Below, one piece after another: positions 7,642 through 17,096 of a stretch of DNA of 24,000 nt (its first letter is position 1; each line of letters opens with the position of its first letter). The notes under the pieces were generated by a model. The model was given only the letters and a program-made list of their open reading frames with translations. It was not told where the DNA came from and did not search any database. The stretch is from contig NZ_BAHD01000016.1 in NCBI RefSeq assembly GCF_000298215.1, positions 45,484 to 69,483 on the forward strand. The letters are read 5' to 3'. A program made the translations under genes and the position numbers. Source of the DNA: Kineosphaera limosa NBRC 100340 (lineage in GTDB: Bacteria > Actinomycetota > Actinomycetes > Actinomycetales > Dermatophilaceae).

Positions 7642-8964
7642 TCAGCGCAGGTGCGAGGTGTCGTTGACGAACTCGACCGCGACGGCGCCGTCGGGCCACG
7701 TGCGGATGGAGGTCATGGAGGCGGGCGCGATGGCGATGCGCCACACGTGCTCCAGGTCGGCGCCCAGCACGTGTCCCAGCACCGCGAGGATCGCCATTCG
7801 GTGGGTCGCGACGACCACCGTTCCGCCGTCGATGACGAGGTGGTCGTAGGCCTGGACGACGCGGTTCGTCAGCTCGCGGTGACTTTCGCCGCCGGGCACC
7901 GCGGCCCCCGGGTCGGTCCGCAGCCGCTGCAGCGCCTGCGGATCGGCGACGCTCAGGTCGACGATCGTGCGGCCCTCGAAGTCGCCGTAGTCCTGCTCGT
8001 CCCACGCCGGATCGGTGCTGCACGGCACCTCGAAGCGGGCGGCCACCAGCTGGCCCGTGCGGTGGGCGCGGGTCAGAGTCGAGGAGACGACGCGCAGCGG
8101 AGTCGGCCCGTCGCCCGCGCACCCGTCGCCGAGAAAGCCGCGCAGCGCGCCGGCGACCCGACGCGCCTGGGCCTGCCCCTCGCCCTCGAGTTCAAGGTCG
8201 GGGCCGCCGCGGCCGCACAGACGCCCCTCGCGGTTGGCCGCCGTCACCCCGTGCCGCACCAGCACCACCCGCGCCGCGCCACCGACCGGGCCCACGACCG
8301 GGCCCACGACCGGGCCCACGACCGGGCCCACGACCGGGCCTACGACCGGGCCCGCGACGGAGGCAACGGCCTCCGCGGCGGGCGCAGCGGCGGAGTCGTC
8401 GGGCAGCTCGCCCGGATCGCCGGCATCAACCGGGTCGCCTGCATCGTCGGCTCCGGCCGCATCGTCGGCACCGTCCGCATCGTCGCCGGCTGAGGTGGCA
8501 GGCGCGGTGGCGCCCTCCTGCCACGGGCGCCGGGTGATGCTCTTGCCGTCCATGCCGTCGTTGCTCAGGGCGTCGGCGGCCTTGTTGCGTTCGCGGGGGA
8601 TCCACGTGTAGACGACCACTCCCCCGGACTGCCGCAGGCGAGTGGTGATGGCGCGGGCGTCCGCGGCGAGCCGCTTCATGTCCTCGTGTTTGATCTTCCA
8701 GCGCCCGCTCATCTGCTCGACGACGAGCTTGGAGTCCATGCGCACCTCGACCGCGGCGGACGGGTCGATGAGCTCGACCTCCTCGAGCCCGGCGACCAGG
8801 CCGGTGTATTCGGCGACGTTGTTGCTGGCTTTGCCGAGCGGTTCGGCGCGTTCGGCGAGCACCGCGCCGTTGGCGGCGTCGCGCACGAGGGCGCCGAAGC
8901 CGGCGACTCCGGGGTTGCCGCGGGAGCCGCCGTCGGCTTCGACGATGAGTCGGCGGGCCGTCAC
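7642..8964 (-). CDS. Bifunctional RNase HI / histidine phosphatase (CobC/phosphoglycerate mutase-like)
   Basis: GTG start 8964. N-term RLIVEADGGSRGNPGVAGFGALV...NNVAEYTGLVAGLE...RMDSKLVVEQM...RERNKAADAL (RNase H); C-term VVLVRHGVTAANREGRL...GGESHRELTNRVVQAY...VVVATHRMAI (His phosphatase). Confidence 0.93.
   Translation of the reverse strand: MTARRLIVEADGGSRGNPGVAGFGALVRDAANGAVLAERAEPLGKASNNVAEYTGLVAGLEEVELIDPSAAVEVRMDSKLVVEQMSGRWKIKHEDMKRLAADARAITTRLRQSGGVVVYTWIPRERNKAADALSNDGMDGKSITRRPWQEGATAPATSAGDDADGADDAAGADDAGDPVDAGDPGELPDDSAAAPAAEAVASVAGPVVGPVVGPVVGPVVGPVVGPVGGAARVVLVRHGVTAANREGRLCGRGGPDLELEGEGQAQARRVAGALRGFLGDGCAGDGPTPLRVVSSTLTRAHRTGQLVAARFEVPCSTDPAWDEQDYGDFEGRTIVDLSVADPQALQRLRTDPGAAVPGGESHRELTNRVVQAYDHLVIDGGTVVVATHRMAILAVLGHVLGADLEHVWRIAIAPASMTSIRTWPDGAVAVEFVNDTSHLR
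8283..8354. repeat. 12-bp tandem repeat (cgaccgggccca), about 6 units, encoding the (VVGP)n interdomain linker
   Basis: Units at 8283, 8295, 8307, 8319, 8331 and 8343 (last two with one substitution each). Confidence 0.95.
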
Positions 8965-9698
8965 AGGCCGGACTCGGCGGTCCGCACGAGGATCCGGCGG
9001 CACTCCTCACACCGCACGACCTCGTCGTCGGGGGCGGCGGCGATGCGGCGCAGGTCGGCGCCCATGAGTTCGAGTTGGCAGCCGCCGCAGCGGCGTTGCA
9101 CGAGGGCGGCGGCGCCGATGCCGGTCTGGGCGCGGATCTTCTCGTAGAGGTCGAGCAGGTCTTGCCCGACACCGGCGGCGACGTCGGCCCGGTCCCGGGC
9201 GATCGCCTCCTCCTCGGCGGTGATCTGCGCCAGCGCGTCGTCCTTGTCCTGCGCGGCCTCGGCGGTCTCGTGCGCCAGCTGCTCCCGCTGTGCCTCGAGT
9301 CGGGTCACGTCGGCGTCGAGCCCTTCGGCGCGTTCCATGACCTCGAGCTGCTCGTCCTCCAGCTCGGCTTGGCGCCGGTCGAGGGAGGCCAGCTCGTGTT
9401 GCAGGGCCTGCAGGTCCTTGGGTGTGCCTTGGCCGGCGTCGAGGCGGGCCTGGTTGCGGGCGGATCGGTCGCGCACGAGTTGCACGGCGGATTCGGCCCG
9501 GTCGACTTCGCGCTGCACGTCCTGCACCGCGGTCTGGGCGCGGACGACGTCGTCGTCGAGCGCGGAAAGCCGCTGGTCGAGTTCGGCGTGCCGCTGCGCC
9601 TGCGGAAGGTTCTTGCGCCGGTGGGCCAGCTGTCCGGTGCGGGTGTCGAGTCCGGCGAGGTCGAGCAACCGCCATTGCCTGCTGGGGTCGGCGTTCAC
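8961..9698 (-). CDS. C4-type zinc-ribbon coiled-coil protein
   Basis: GTG start 9698: VNADPSRQWRLLDLAGLDTRTGQLAHRRKNLP... long coiled coil ending RRCGGCQLELMGADLRRIAAAPDDEVVRCEECRRILVRT (two CxxC pairs). 4-bp GTGA overlap with the RNase H gene downstream. Confidence 0.9.
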   Translation of the reverse strand: MNADPSRQWRLLDLAGLDTRTGQLAHRRKNLPQAQRHAELDQRLSALDDDVVRAQTAVQDVQREVDRAESAVQLVRDRSARNQARLDAGQGTPKDLQALQHELASLDRRQAELEDEQLEVMERAEGLDADVTRLEAQREQLAHETAEAAQDKDDALAQITAEEEAIARDRADVAAGVGQDLLDLYEKIRAQTGIGAAALVQRRCGGCQLELMGADLRRIAAAPDDEVVRCEECRRILVRTAESGL

Positions 9699-10579
9699 GC
9701 ATCGTCTCCTTCTAGGTCGCGGACGTCCCGCGCGCCGATCGTGAAGGTCCACGGGTCGGTGCACAGGTCGCTGACGTGGGTGTCCACGCTAGCGCCGCGT
9801 GCCGACAGGGCGGCCGCGAGGTCGTCCGCGGCGTGCCGAAGCCACAGGGACTCGCTGGCCCAGTGCCCGGCGTCGACCAGATAGGGCGGCCCGCCGCGGG
9901 CCTCTTCGCGGGCCTCGAGCGCGGGGTGATGGCGCAGGTCGGCGGTGACGTAGACGTCGGCGCCGCTGGCGCGTACCTCCTGGAACAGGGAGTCGCCGGC
10001 GCCGCCGAGCAGCGCGACGCGGGTGACGGGCGCCTGTGGCGGCCCGGCGACACGCAGCCCACCAGGGGCGGCCGGCAGCCGGGAGGCCAGTCCGAGCGCG
10101 AAGTCCTGCAGCGAGACGGATTCGGACAGGTCGCCGACGAGCCCCATGGGAGTCCCTTCGGGCTCGCTCAGCGGCGTCGTGTCACTGAGCCCGCACGCCC
10201 GGGCGAGTGCGGAGTTGACCCCGACGGCGGCGCTGTCGGCGTTGGTGTGGGCCACGTAGAGCGCCAGGTCGGCGACGACCAGGGCGGTGACGGTGGCCCC
10301 TTTGGCGCTGGTGGTGGCCACGGAGTGGATGCCGCGCAGCAGCAGCGGGTGGTGGGTGACGAGCAGGTCGGCCCCGGCCGCGACGGCCTCCTGCACGACG
10401 GCCAGGGTCGGGTCGACGGCGAAATGCACGCGCCGCACCGGCTGCTCGGGATCACCGGAGACGAGGCCCACCTGATCCCAGGACTGCGCCAGCTCGGGCG
10501 GGAAGAGTTGCTCCAACGCCGCCACGACATCGCGCAGCAGCACTGCCTCGCCGCCGTCGGCCGCTGCCCGATCACCCAT
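9695..10579 (-). CDS. Nif3-like dinuclear metal centre protein
   Basis: MGDRAAADGGEAVLLRDVVAALEQLFPPELAQSWDQVGLVSGDPEQPVRRVHFAVDPTLAVVQEAVAAGADLLVTHHPLLLRG...CDTGHWASE-like end (LVDAGHWASESLWL). THHPLL motif. GTGA overlap with downstream gene. Confidence 0.92.
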   Translation of the reverse strand: MGDRAAADGGEAVLLRDVVAALEQLFPPELAQSWDQVGLVSGDPEQPVRRVHFAVDPTLAVVQEAVAAGADLLVTHHPLLLRGIHSVATTSAKGATVTALVVADLALYVAHTNADSAAVGVNSALARACGLSDTTPLSEPEGTPMGLVGDLSESVSLQDFALGLASRLPAAPGGLRVAGPPQAPVTRVALLGGAGDSLFQEVRASGADVYVTADLRHHPALEAREEARGGPPYLVDAGHWASESLWLRHAADDLAAALSARGASVDTHVSDLCTDPWTFTIGARDVRDLEGDDA

Positions 10580-10663
10580 CACACGCCTCCAGTCCGTCGT
10601 CCCAGGTGCACTCGACCAGCCGGACGCCGGACACGCCCCAGTCGTACTGGGTTCAAGGGTGGG

Positions 10664-10736
10664 TGGGCCCGGCCGGGCTCGAACCGACGACACCCGCGGT
10701 GTAAACGCGGTGCTCTACCAACTGAGCTACAGGCCC
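10664..10736 (-). tRNA. tRNA-Val (anticodon UAC)
   Basis: GGGCCTG TA GCTC AGTTGGTA GAGC A CCGCG TTTACAC CGCGG GTGTC GTCGG TTCGAGC CCGGC CGGGCCC A. Full 73-nt cloverleaf folded by hand; CCA not encoded (ACCC follows). Confidence 0.96.
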
Positions 10737-10788
10737 CAACACCGCCATTGTGTCAGGCGGGCTGCCGCGGAACGGATCCGCGGGTGTC

Positions 10789-11262
10789 TCAGGCGCCGAT
10801 GATCTTGTTCAGCGTCTCGTGAAAGCCGCTGAAGTCACGCCGCTCGCCGGGGGCATTGGTCAGGCACCAGCGAACGATGCCGTCGGGGTCGAGAAAGAAC
10901 GTGCCGCGGTGCGCGAAACCGCCCGCTTCGTCGAACACGCCGTACTGCCGGGCCACCCCGCCGTGCGGCCAGAAGTCCGAGAGCAGCGGAAAGAAGTAGC
11001 CCTCCCGGTCGTCCCAGGCGCGCAGCGAGAACACCGGATCGCAGGAGACGGCGACGACGACCACGTGCTCGTTCTGGAAGGCGCCGAGGTCGTCGCGGAT
11101 CTCGGTCAACTCGCCCGTGCAGATGCCGGAGAACGCGAACGGAAAGAACACGACGAGCACCCCGCGCCCCTGGCGCAACTCGGCCGTCGAGATCTTCGTG
11201 CCGTACTGGTCACTGAGCGTGAAGTCCGGTGCCTTGTCGCCGACGTTGATCTGCGGTGCCAT
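10789..11262 (-). CDS. Peroxiredoxin (AhpE/Bcp-type, alkyl hydroperoxide reductase/TSA family)
   Basis: MAPQINVGDKAPDFTLSDQYGTKISTAELRQGRGVLVVFFPFAFSGICTGELTEIRDDLGAFQNEHVVVVAVSCDP: peroxidatic Cys in FxFSGICTxE motif. Confidence 0.93.
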   Translation of the reverse strand: MAPQINVGDKAPDFTLSDQYGTKISTAELRQGRGVLVVFFPFAFSGICTGELTEIRDDLGAFQNEHVVVVAVSCDPVFSLRAWDDREGYFFPLLSDFWPHGGVARQYGVFDEAGGFAHRGTFFLDPDGIVRWCLTNAPGERRDFSGFHETLNKIIGA

Positions 11263-11304
11263 GGCCCCAGTGTGCCTGGCCACGCGACCTACCGACGGTT
11301 GGTC

Positions 11305-11724
11305 TCAGCGCCGCGCGCCGGATTTCGGGGTCACCAAGCGGGTGCCCGACCACTCCGGCGTGAGATTGACGCTTGCGCTGGCCTGCAGCCCCGCGGTCTC
11401 GGCCGCCTCGGCGACGTCGCTGGGATCGACCTCGCCGGGCCGGCCCACCTTGGGCGTGAGCAACACGATGAAGCCCTGATCTTCCATCGTCGTCAAGGCG
11501 TCGACCAGCGCGTCGGTGAGATCACCGTCCTCCTCGCGCCACCACAGCAGCACCCCGTCGACGACGTCGTCGTAGGTTTCGTCCTCCAGATCACCTTCGA
11601 CGGCGTCCTCGATGTGCTCACGCAGGGTGTCGTCGACATCGTCGTCATAGCCGACTTCGAGAATGACCTGACCTGGGCCGAAGCCCAGTTTGGTCACGGC
11701 CGCGGTGGGCGCGGATCCGGACAC
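11305..11724 (-). CDS. DUF3052-type conserved actinobacterial protein
   Basis: GTG start 11724 preceded by GGAGGT: VSGSAPTAAVTKLGFGPGQVILEVGYDDDVDDTLREHIEDAVEGDLEDETYDDVVDGVLLWWREEDGDLTDALVDALTTMEDQGFIVLLTPKVGRPGEV. Confidence 0.82.
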   Translation of the reverse strand: MSGSAPTAAVTKLGFGPGQVILEVGYDDDVDDTLREHIEDAVEGDLEDETYDDVVDGVLLWWREEDGDLTDALVDALTTMEDQGFIVLLTPKVGRPGEVDPSDVAEAAETAGLQASASVNLTPEWSGTRLVTPKSGARR

Positions 11725-11881
11725 GCGTCTGTACCTCCTGTGAAATCCCTGGGGGGATGTGCGGGAACGGCGACCACCCGGGCCGCCATGCATTAGGCCT
11801 AGTCCAGCGGTTCGACACGCATTGTGCAAGCATGACGCCGCGCCGGACACTGCCACGAGGGTCGAACCGGAGGGAGGGACG

Positions 11882-12739
11882 ATGGGTCGAATCACCCGCC
11901 GCACCCCCGCGCGGCGCCTTCAGGTCCGCCCTGATGGGGTGCTCGTCGACACACGCCCCGACACCCTGGCGGTCGAGGAGCCCTTGGAAATTCGAGTGTC
12001 CGGCGAACCGGTCGTCGTCACCATGCGTACCCCGGGCGACGACTTCGATCTGACCCTGGGGTGGTTGCACGCCGAGGGGCACATCCGCGCCGCGAGCGAC
12101 GTGCGCACCCTGCAGCACTGCCAAGACCTCGACGAGGACGGCCGGCCGACCTTCAACGCCGTCGACGTCACCGGCTCCCCCGGGGTAAACCTGCAGGTCA
12201 CGCCACGAGCGACGACTGCGACCAGCGCGTGCGGGATGTGCGGGGCACGCACGATCGCCGACACCCGCGCCCGCTCGCGCTACGACCTCACGCTCGATCG
12301 CACTCCCCTCGACCCGGCGGTGCTCGTGCAGTTGCCGCACCTGCTGCGCGAACGCCAGACCGGCTTCGACCGCACGGGCGGCATGCACGCCGCGGCAATC
12401 ATCGACGTGCGCGCCCCGGAGCCGATCGTGCGGGCCGTTCGAGAGGATGTCGGTCGGCACAATGCGGTCGACAAGGTCGTCGGCTGGGCGCTGCGACAGG
12501 ACGCCCTCCCGTTGTTCGGTCACGTCATGGTCGTCAGTGGACGCGCCGGTTACGAACTCGTGCAGAAAACCGTGTTGGCGGGCGCGCCCGCGATGGTGTC
12601 GGTCTCCGCGACGAGCAGCCTGGCCGTCGAGTTGGCGAGGGAGGCGGGATTGACGCTCGCCTCGTTCGTGCGCGACGACCGGCTCACCCTCTACAGCGAC
12701 CCCGACCGCGTCACGGCGCCACATCGGGACATCGACTAG
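11882..12739 (+). CDS. fdhD: Formate dehydrogenase accessory sulfurtransferase FdhD
   Basis: [68 protein letters not shown]...[12 protein letters not shown]...GGMHAAAI...[18 protein letters not shown]: SxCGxCG and [11 protein letters not shown] motifs. Confidence 0.95.
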   Translation: MGRITRRTPARRLQVRPDGVLVDTRPDTLAVEEPLEIRVSGEPVVVTMRTPGDDFDLTLGWLHAEGHIRAASDVRTLQHCQDLDEDGRPTFNAVDVTGSPGVNLQVTPRATTATSACGMCGARTIADTRARSRYDLTLDRTPLDPAVLVQLPHLLRERQTGFDRTGGMHAAAIIDVRAPEPIVRAVREDVGRHNAVDKVVGWALRQDALPLFGHVMVVSGRAGYELVQKTVLAGAPAMVSVSATSSLAVELAREAGLTLASFVRDDRLTLYSDPDRVTAPHRDID

Positions 12740-12884
12740 GCGCTCGCGCAGGGGGCGCACGAGCGACCCGCCGGATGCCGACCTGCGCGATACCGGCAGG
12801 CGGTGCGAGGATTGGGCCAGCGACGACAGGGCGGCCGGACCATCCGCGGGCCGCTCTGCACACGCCGGCAGAAAGGACTGCATC

Positions 12885-15653
12885 GTGCGCAGCGAAGGAT
12901 CGGCTCCCATCATCAATGGCCTCCCGAGCAGGCTGCCGGACATCGATCCGCAGGAGACGGCCGAGTGGCTGGAGTCCATGGACACGGTGCTCGACGAGTC
13001 CGGCGCGCAACGCGCCCGCTACCTCATGTTGCGGATGCTCGAGCACGCCCGCGTCCGCCAGATCGGCGTCCCCTCGCTGATGACGACCGACTACATCAAC
13101 ACCATCCCGTTGGAGCAGGAACCGTGGTTCCCCGGCGACGAGGACATGGAGAAGGCCTTCCGTCGCCTGGTGCGCTGGAACGCCGCCGTGCTCGTGCACC
13201 GGGCCCAGCGCCCCGGCGTGGGCGTCGGCGGGCACATCTCGACGTACGCCTCGGCGGCGACTCTGTACGAGGTCGGGATGAACCACTTCTTCCGGGGGCA
13301 AGACCATCCCGGTGGCGGCGACCAGGTCTTCTTCCAGGGGCACGCCTCCCCGGGCATGTACGCCCGCGCCTACCTCGAAGGGCGTCTCGACGAGACGCAA
13401 CTCGACGGCTTCCGCCAGGAGAAGAGTCACGTCGTCGACGGCTTTCCGCAGGCGCTGCCCAGTTATCCGCACCCGCGGCTCATGCCGACGTTCTGGCAGT
13501 TCCCGACGGTCTCCATGGGCTTGGGGCCGATCAACGCCATCTATCAGGCGCAATTCAACCGCTATCTGCACAATCGCGGCCTCAAGGACACCAGCGACCA
13601 GCACGTGTGGGCCTTCCTGGGCGACGGCGAGATGGATGAGGTCGAGTCGCGCGGGGCGCTGCAGTTGGCGGCTTTCGAAGAGCTGGACAACCTGACGTTC
13701 GTCGTCAACTGCAATCTGCAGCGGCTCGACGGCCCGGTGCGCGGTAACGGCAAGATCATTCAGGAGTTGGAGGCGTTCTTCCGCGGCGCCGGCTGGAACG
13801 TCATCAAGTGCATCTGGGGTCGGGGTTGGGACGACCTGCTGGCGGCCGACAGCCAGGGCGCGCTCGTGCACCTCATGAACTCGACGCCCGACGGGGATTA
13901 CCAGACGTTCCGCGCCAACGACGGCAACTACATCCGCGAACACTTCTTCGGGCGTGACCCGCGCACCCGCAAACTGGTCTCGCAGTGGTCGGATGGCGAC
14001 ATTTGGTGGCGGCTCAAGCGCGGCGGGCACGATTACGGCAAGGTGTATGCCGCCTACGACCGGGCGGTGCGTCACACCGGTCAGCCGACGGTCATTCTGG
14101 CCAAGACGATCAAGGGGTACACGCTCGGCCAGCACTTCGCCGGCCGCAATGCGACGCACCAGATGAAGAAGCTGGCGGTCGACGATCTCAAGCTGTTGCG
14201 CGACACGTTGCACATTCCGATCAGTGACGAGCAGTTGGAGGAGAACCCCTACCTGCCGCCGTTCTACAACCCCGGCATGGACGACGAGCGCATTCAGTAC
14301 ATGATGGAGCGCCGCAAGAAGCTGGGCGGCCACGTGCCGGAGCGGCGGGTGCCCAAGGAGAAGATCCACCTGCCCGACGCCAGCGCCTACGACACCCTGA
14401 AGAAGGGCTCGGGCAAGCAGCAGGTGGCGACGACGATGGCGTTCGTGCGGCTCCTTCGTGAGCTCATGCGCGACAAGGAGTTCGGCAAGCGTGTCGTGCC
14501 GATCATTCCGGACGAGGCCCGCACGTTCGGTATGGACAGCTTCTTCCCGACGTCCAAGATCTACAACCCGCACGGGCAGAACTACACCGCGGTCGACGCC
14601 GAACTCATGCTCGCCTACAAGGAGTCCGAGCAGGGGCAGATGCTGCACCTGGGCATCAACGAGGCCGGCTCGGTCGCGGCGTTCACGGCGGCCGGGTCGA
14701 GCTATTCGACGCACGGCGAGCCGATGTTGCCGGTGTACGTCTTCTATTCGATGTTCGGCTTCCAGCGCACCGGAGATGGATTGTGGGCGGCGGCCGACCA
14801 GCTCACCCGGGGCTTCCTCATCGGGGCGACGGCCGGAAAGACGACGCTGGCCGGTGAGGGCCTGCAACACATGGACGGGCATTCCCCGATCCTGGCCGCC
14901 ACCAATCCGGCCGTCATTCATTTCGACCCCGCCTACGGCTACGAGATCGCGCACATCGTCAAGCACGGCCTGGAGCGCATGTACGGCGACGACCCGCACG
15001 ACGAGATCTACTACCTGACGGTCTACAACGAGCCGCTCGTGCAGCCCGCTCAGCCCGAGGGCATCGACGAGGCGGGCATCGCCAAGGGCATGTACCTGCT
15101 CAAGGCGGGCACTGCGCCCGAGGGTGCGGAGGTCGCGGACTGCCCGCGGGCGCAGCTGCTCGCCTCCGGCGTGGGGGTGCCGTGGGCCTTGGAGGCCCAG
15201 CAGTTGCTGCGCGACGACTGGGGTGTGGTGGCCGACGTGTGGTCGGTGACCTCGTGGACCCAGCTGCGTCGCGACGCGATGTGGGCCGACGACGAGCACC
15301 TGCTCAATCCCGACGAGCCGCGCCGCATCCCCTATGTCACAGAAATGTTGGCGGATGTGCCCGGGCCGGTCATCGCGACGAGCGACTACATGAAGCAGGT
15401 GCAGGACCAGATCGCCCCGTGGGTGCCCGGTGACTACCACGCCCTGGGCGCCGACGGATTCGGCTTCTCCGACACCCGCCCCGCGGGCCGCCGCTTCTTC
15501 CGGATCGACGGCCCCTCCATGGCCGTCGCCACGCTCATCGCCCTCGGTGAGCGAGACGAGGTCGACCGCGCCCTGGCCGCCCGCGCCGCCAAGCAGTACC
15601 GCATCGACGACCCGACCGCCGGAGCCTCCGGCAACGAGGGCGGCGACGCCTGA
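12885..15653 (+). CDS. aceE: Pyruvate dehydrogenase (acetyl-transferring) E1, homodimeric type
   Basis: GTG start with [85 protein letters not shown]...[53 protein letters not shown] (ThDP-binding GDGxMDE..N). Confidence 0.97.
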   Translation: MRSEGSAPIINGLPSRLPDIDPQETAEWLESMDTVLDESGAQRARYLMLRMLEHARVRQIGVPSLMTTDYINTIPLEQEPWFPGDEDMEKAFRRLVRWNAAVLVHRAQRPGVGVGGHISTYASAATLYEVGMNHFFRGQDHPGGGDQVFFQGHASPGMYARAYLEGRLDETQLDGFRQEKSHVVDGFPQALPSYPHPRLMPTFWQFPTVSMGLGPINAIYQAQFNRYLHNRGLKDTSDQHVWAFLGDGEMDEVESRGALQLAAFEELDNLTFVVNCNLQRLDGPVRGNGKIIQELEAFFRGAGWNVIKCIWGRGWDDLLAADSQGALVHLMNSTPDGDYQTFRANDGNYIREHFFGRDPRTRKLVSQWSDGDIWWRLKRGGHDYGKVYAAYDRAVRHTGQPTVILAKTIKGYTLGQHFAGRNATHQMKKLAVDDLKLLRDTLHIPISDEQLEENPYLPPFYNPGMDDERIQYMMERRKKLGGHVPERRVPKEKIHLPDASAYDTLKKGSGKQQVATTMAFVRLLRELMRDKEFGKRVVPIIPDEARTFGMDSFFPTSKIYNPHGQNYTAVDAELMLAYKESEQGQMLHLGINEAGSVAAFTAAGSSYSTHGEPMLPVYVFYSMFGFQRTGDGLWAAADQLTRGFLIGATAGKTTLAGEGLQHMDGHSPILAATNPAVIHFDPAYGYEIAHIVKHGLERMYGDDPHDEIYYLTVYNEPLVQPAQPEGIDEAGIAKGMYLLKAGTAPEGAEVADCPRAQLLASGVGVPWALEAQQLLRDDWGVVADVWSVTSWTQLRRDAMWADDEHLLNPDEPRRIPYVTEMLADVPGPVIATSDYMKQVQDQIAPWVPGDYHALGADGFGFSDTRPAGRRFFRIDGPSMAVATLIALGERDEVDRALAARAAKQYRIDDPTAGASGNEGGDA

Positions 15654-15701
15654 GGCGCCGGGGTCCGCGGGCTGGGAACGCTGCGCACGTACCCTGACGC
15701 C

Positions 15702-16493
15702 ATGCCCGCACGCACCGGCCGGGAGGCCACCCCACCAGGCAGCGCGCCCGCCGTCGTCCGTGCTATCGCCGTGCTCGACGCGCTGGCCGCCGATGACGCC
15801 GCCTCGATGAGCCTGAGCGACATCGCCCGGGCGATCGGGGTGCCGAAGTCCTCGACGGCCTCGATCTGCGCGGCCCTCGAGCTGGGCGGCCTCCTCGTGC
15901 GCGACAACGGCGAGTTCGCGCTGGGCCGCCGCCTCGTCGAGCTCGGCGGCGCCTACCTGTCCCGCAGCGATCGGGTCCGCGAGTTCTACGCGGCCTGCGT
16001 CGCCGAGCCGCTCCTCGTGGGCGAGACCGTGCGCCTCTGGGCCCTCGGGGGTCGCGACGGCATCTGCCTCGGCCGCTACGACGGGCACCCCCCGGTGCGA
16101 CTCACGGTCAACATCGGCGACCGCCTGCCCGCGTCGGTGACGGCCGCAGGCAAGGTGATGCTCGCCCAGTTCGACGACCACGAGGTGCGCGACCTCTACG
16201 CCGGAACGACGCTCCCCCGGCTCACGGCCGCCTCCCTCAGCTCGATCGACGCCCTCGTCGCCGACCTGCACACGGCCCGCGAAGACGGCTACTGCGTCAG
16301 CGTCGAGGAGGCGTTCGAGTCGGTCGTCGAGCTGGCGGTCGTCGTGCCGTCCCGCGGGACCCGCACCGCGACGATGGCGATCGGCGTCACCCAGCACACC
16401 GTGACCTACACCCCGGAGCACGCCGCGCCGCTGGTCAGCGCCCTGCGCCGGGTCGCCGCAGCCTTGGGTAACCCGATGCAGGTCGCCACCTGA
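15702..16493 (+). CDS. IclR family transcriptional regulator
   Basis: APAVVRAIAVLDALAADDAASMSLSDIARAIGVPKSSTASICAALELGGLLVRD...FALGRRLVELGGAYLSR...LPASVTAAGKVMLAQF (winged HTH plus IclR effector domain). Confidence 0.92.
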   Translation: MPARTGREATPPGSAPAVVRAIAVLDALAADDAASMSLSDIARAIGVPKSSTASICAALELGGLLVRDNGEFALGRRLVELGGAYLSRSDRVREFYAACVAEPLLVGETVRLWALGGRDGICLGRYDGHPPVRLTVNIGDRLPASVTAAGKVMLAQFDDHEVRDLYAGTTLPRLTAASLSSIDALVADLHTAREDGYCVSVEEAFESVVELAVVVPSRGTRTATMAIGVTQHTVTYTPEHAAPLVSALRRVAAALGNPMQVAT

Positions 16494-16517
16494 GCGACCC
16501 GTCGTTCAGGGCGCCGC

Positions 16518-17096
16518 TCAGCACCCCAGCGCGGTGTGGATCGCGGCGAAGCCGACCTCCAGCTGAGCGCGATGCCGTTCGACGAGCTCGCAGGGGTTGG
16601 CCAGGTGCCCGGAGGCGTCACGATCGTCGTTCGTCGCGCTGATGGCGATCGGCGGCTCCAGCAGGTTCGCTTTGACGACGCCGAAGACCTGGGTGAGCTG
16701 CTGCGCCGCCATCGAGCCGCCGTGGAAGCCGTAGGTGACGAGCAGCACGGGCTTGTCGCGCCACTCCGCGTACACCGTGTCGATGGCGTTCTTCAGTGGC
16801 GCCGGGTAACCCCCGTTGTACTGCGGCGACACGACGATGACGGCGTCGAGCCCGTCGATCACCCGCGCCCAGGCACGCGTGTGCTCGTGCTGGTAGTCAC
16901 CCAGCGCGGGCATCTTCGGCTCGTCGAGCCACGGCAAGTTGACCTCTGCGAGGTCGATGACGGTGATGTCGGCCTCGGAGCGCAGCCGCGCGAGCTCGGC
17001 GATCTGGTCGGCGAGCTGACGCCCGGCGCGCACCGGACGCGTGCTGCCGACGAGGATGCCGATGACGGGCGTGCGGGGCGTGTCGTCGGCGCTCAT
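16518..17096 (-). CDS. NAD(P)H-dependent FMN reductase family protein
   Basis: MSADDTPRTPVIGILVGSTRPVRAGRQLADQIAELARLRSEADITVIDLAEVNLPWLDEP...DAVIVVSPQYNGGYPAPLKNAIDTVYAEWRDKPVLLVTYGFHGG: GSTRxxR and PQYNGGYPAPLKNAID motifs. Confidence 0.93.
   Translation of the reverse strand: MSADDTPRTPVIGILVGSTRPVRAGRQLADQIAELARLRSEADITVIDLAEVNLPWLDEPKMPALGDYQHEHTRAWARVIDGLDAVIVVSPQYNGGYPAPLKNAIDTVYAEWRDKPVLLVTYGFHGGSMAAQQLTQVFGVVKANLLEPPIAISATNDDRDASGHLANPCELVERHRAQLEVGFAAIHTALGC

Noticed and set aside
7642-8964. RNase H / phosphatase fusion as a novel architecture
   Set aside because: Bifunctional RNase H/acid phosphatase proteins are well known in Actinobacteria (e.g. Rv2228c); only the expanded VVGP linker is notable.
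12740-12884. Possible hairpin or regulatory leader between fdhD and aceE (ccgcc..tgccg / cggca..ggcgg)
   Set aside because: Stem is interrupted, without a T-tract, and within expectation for GC-rich DNA; not strong enough to report.
12711-16421. 1236-aa minus-strand ORF antisense to aceE and the IclR gene
   Set aside because: Low-complexity R/G/H/D-rich translation typical of antisense frames in high-GC DNA; the plus-strand aceE has full family motifs.
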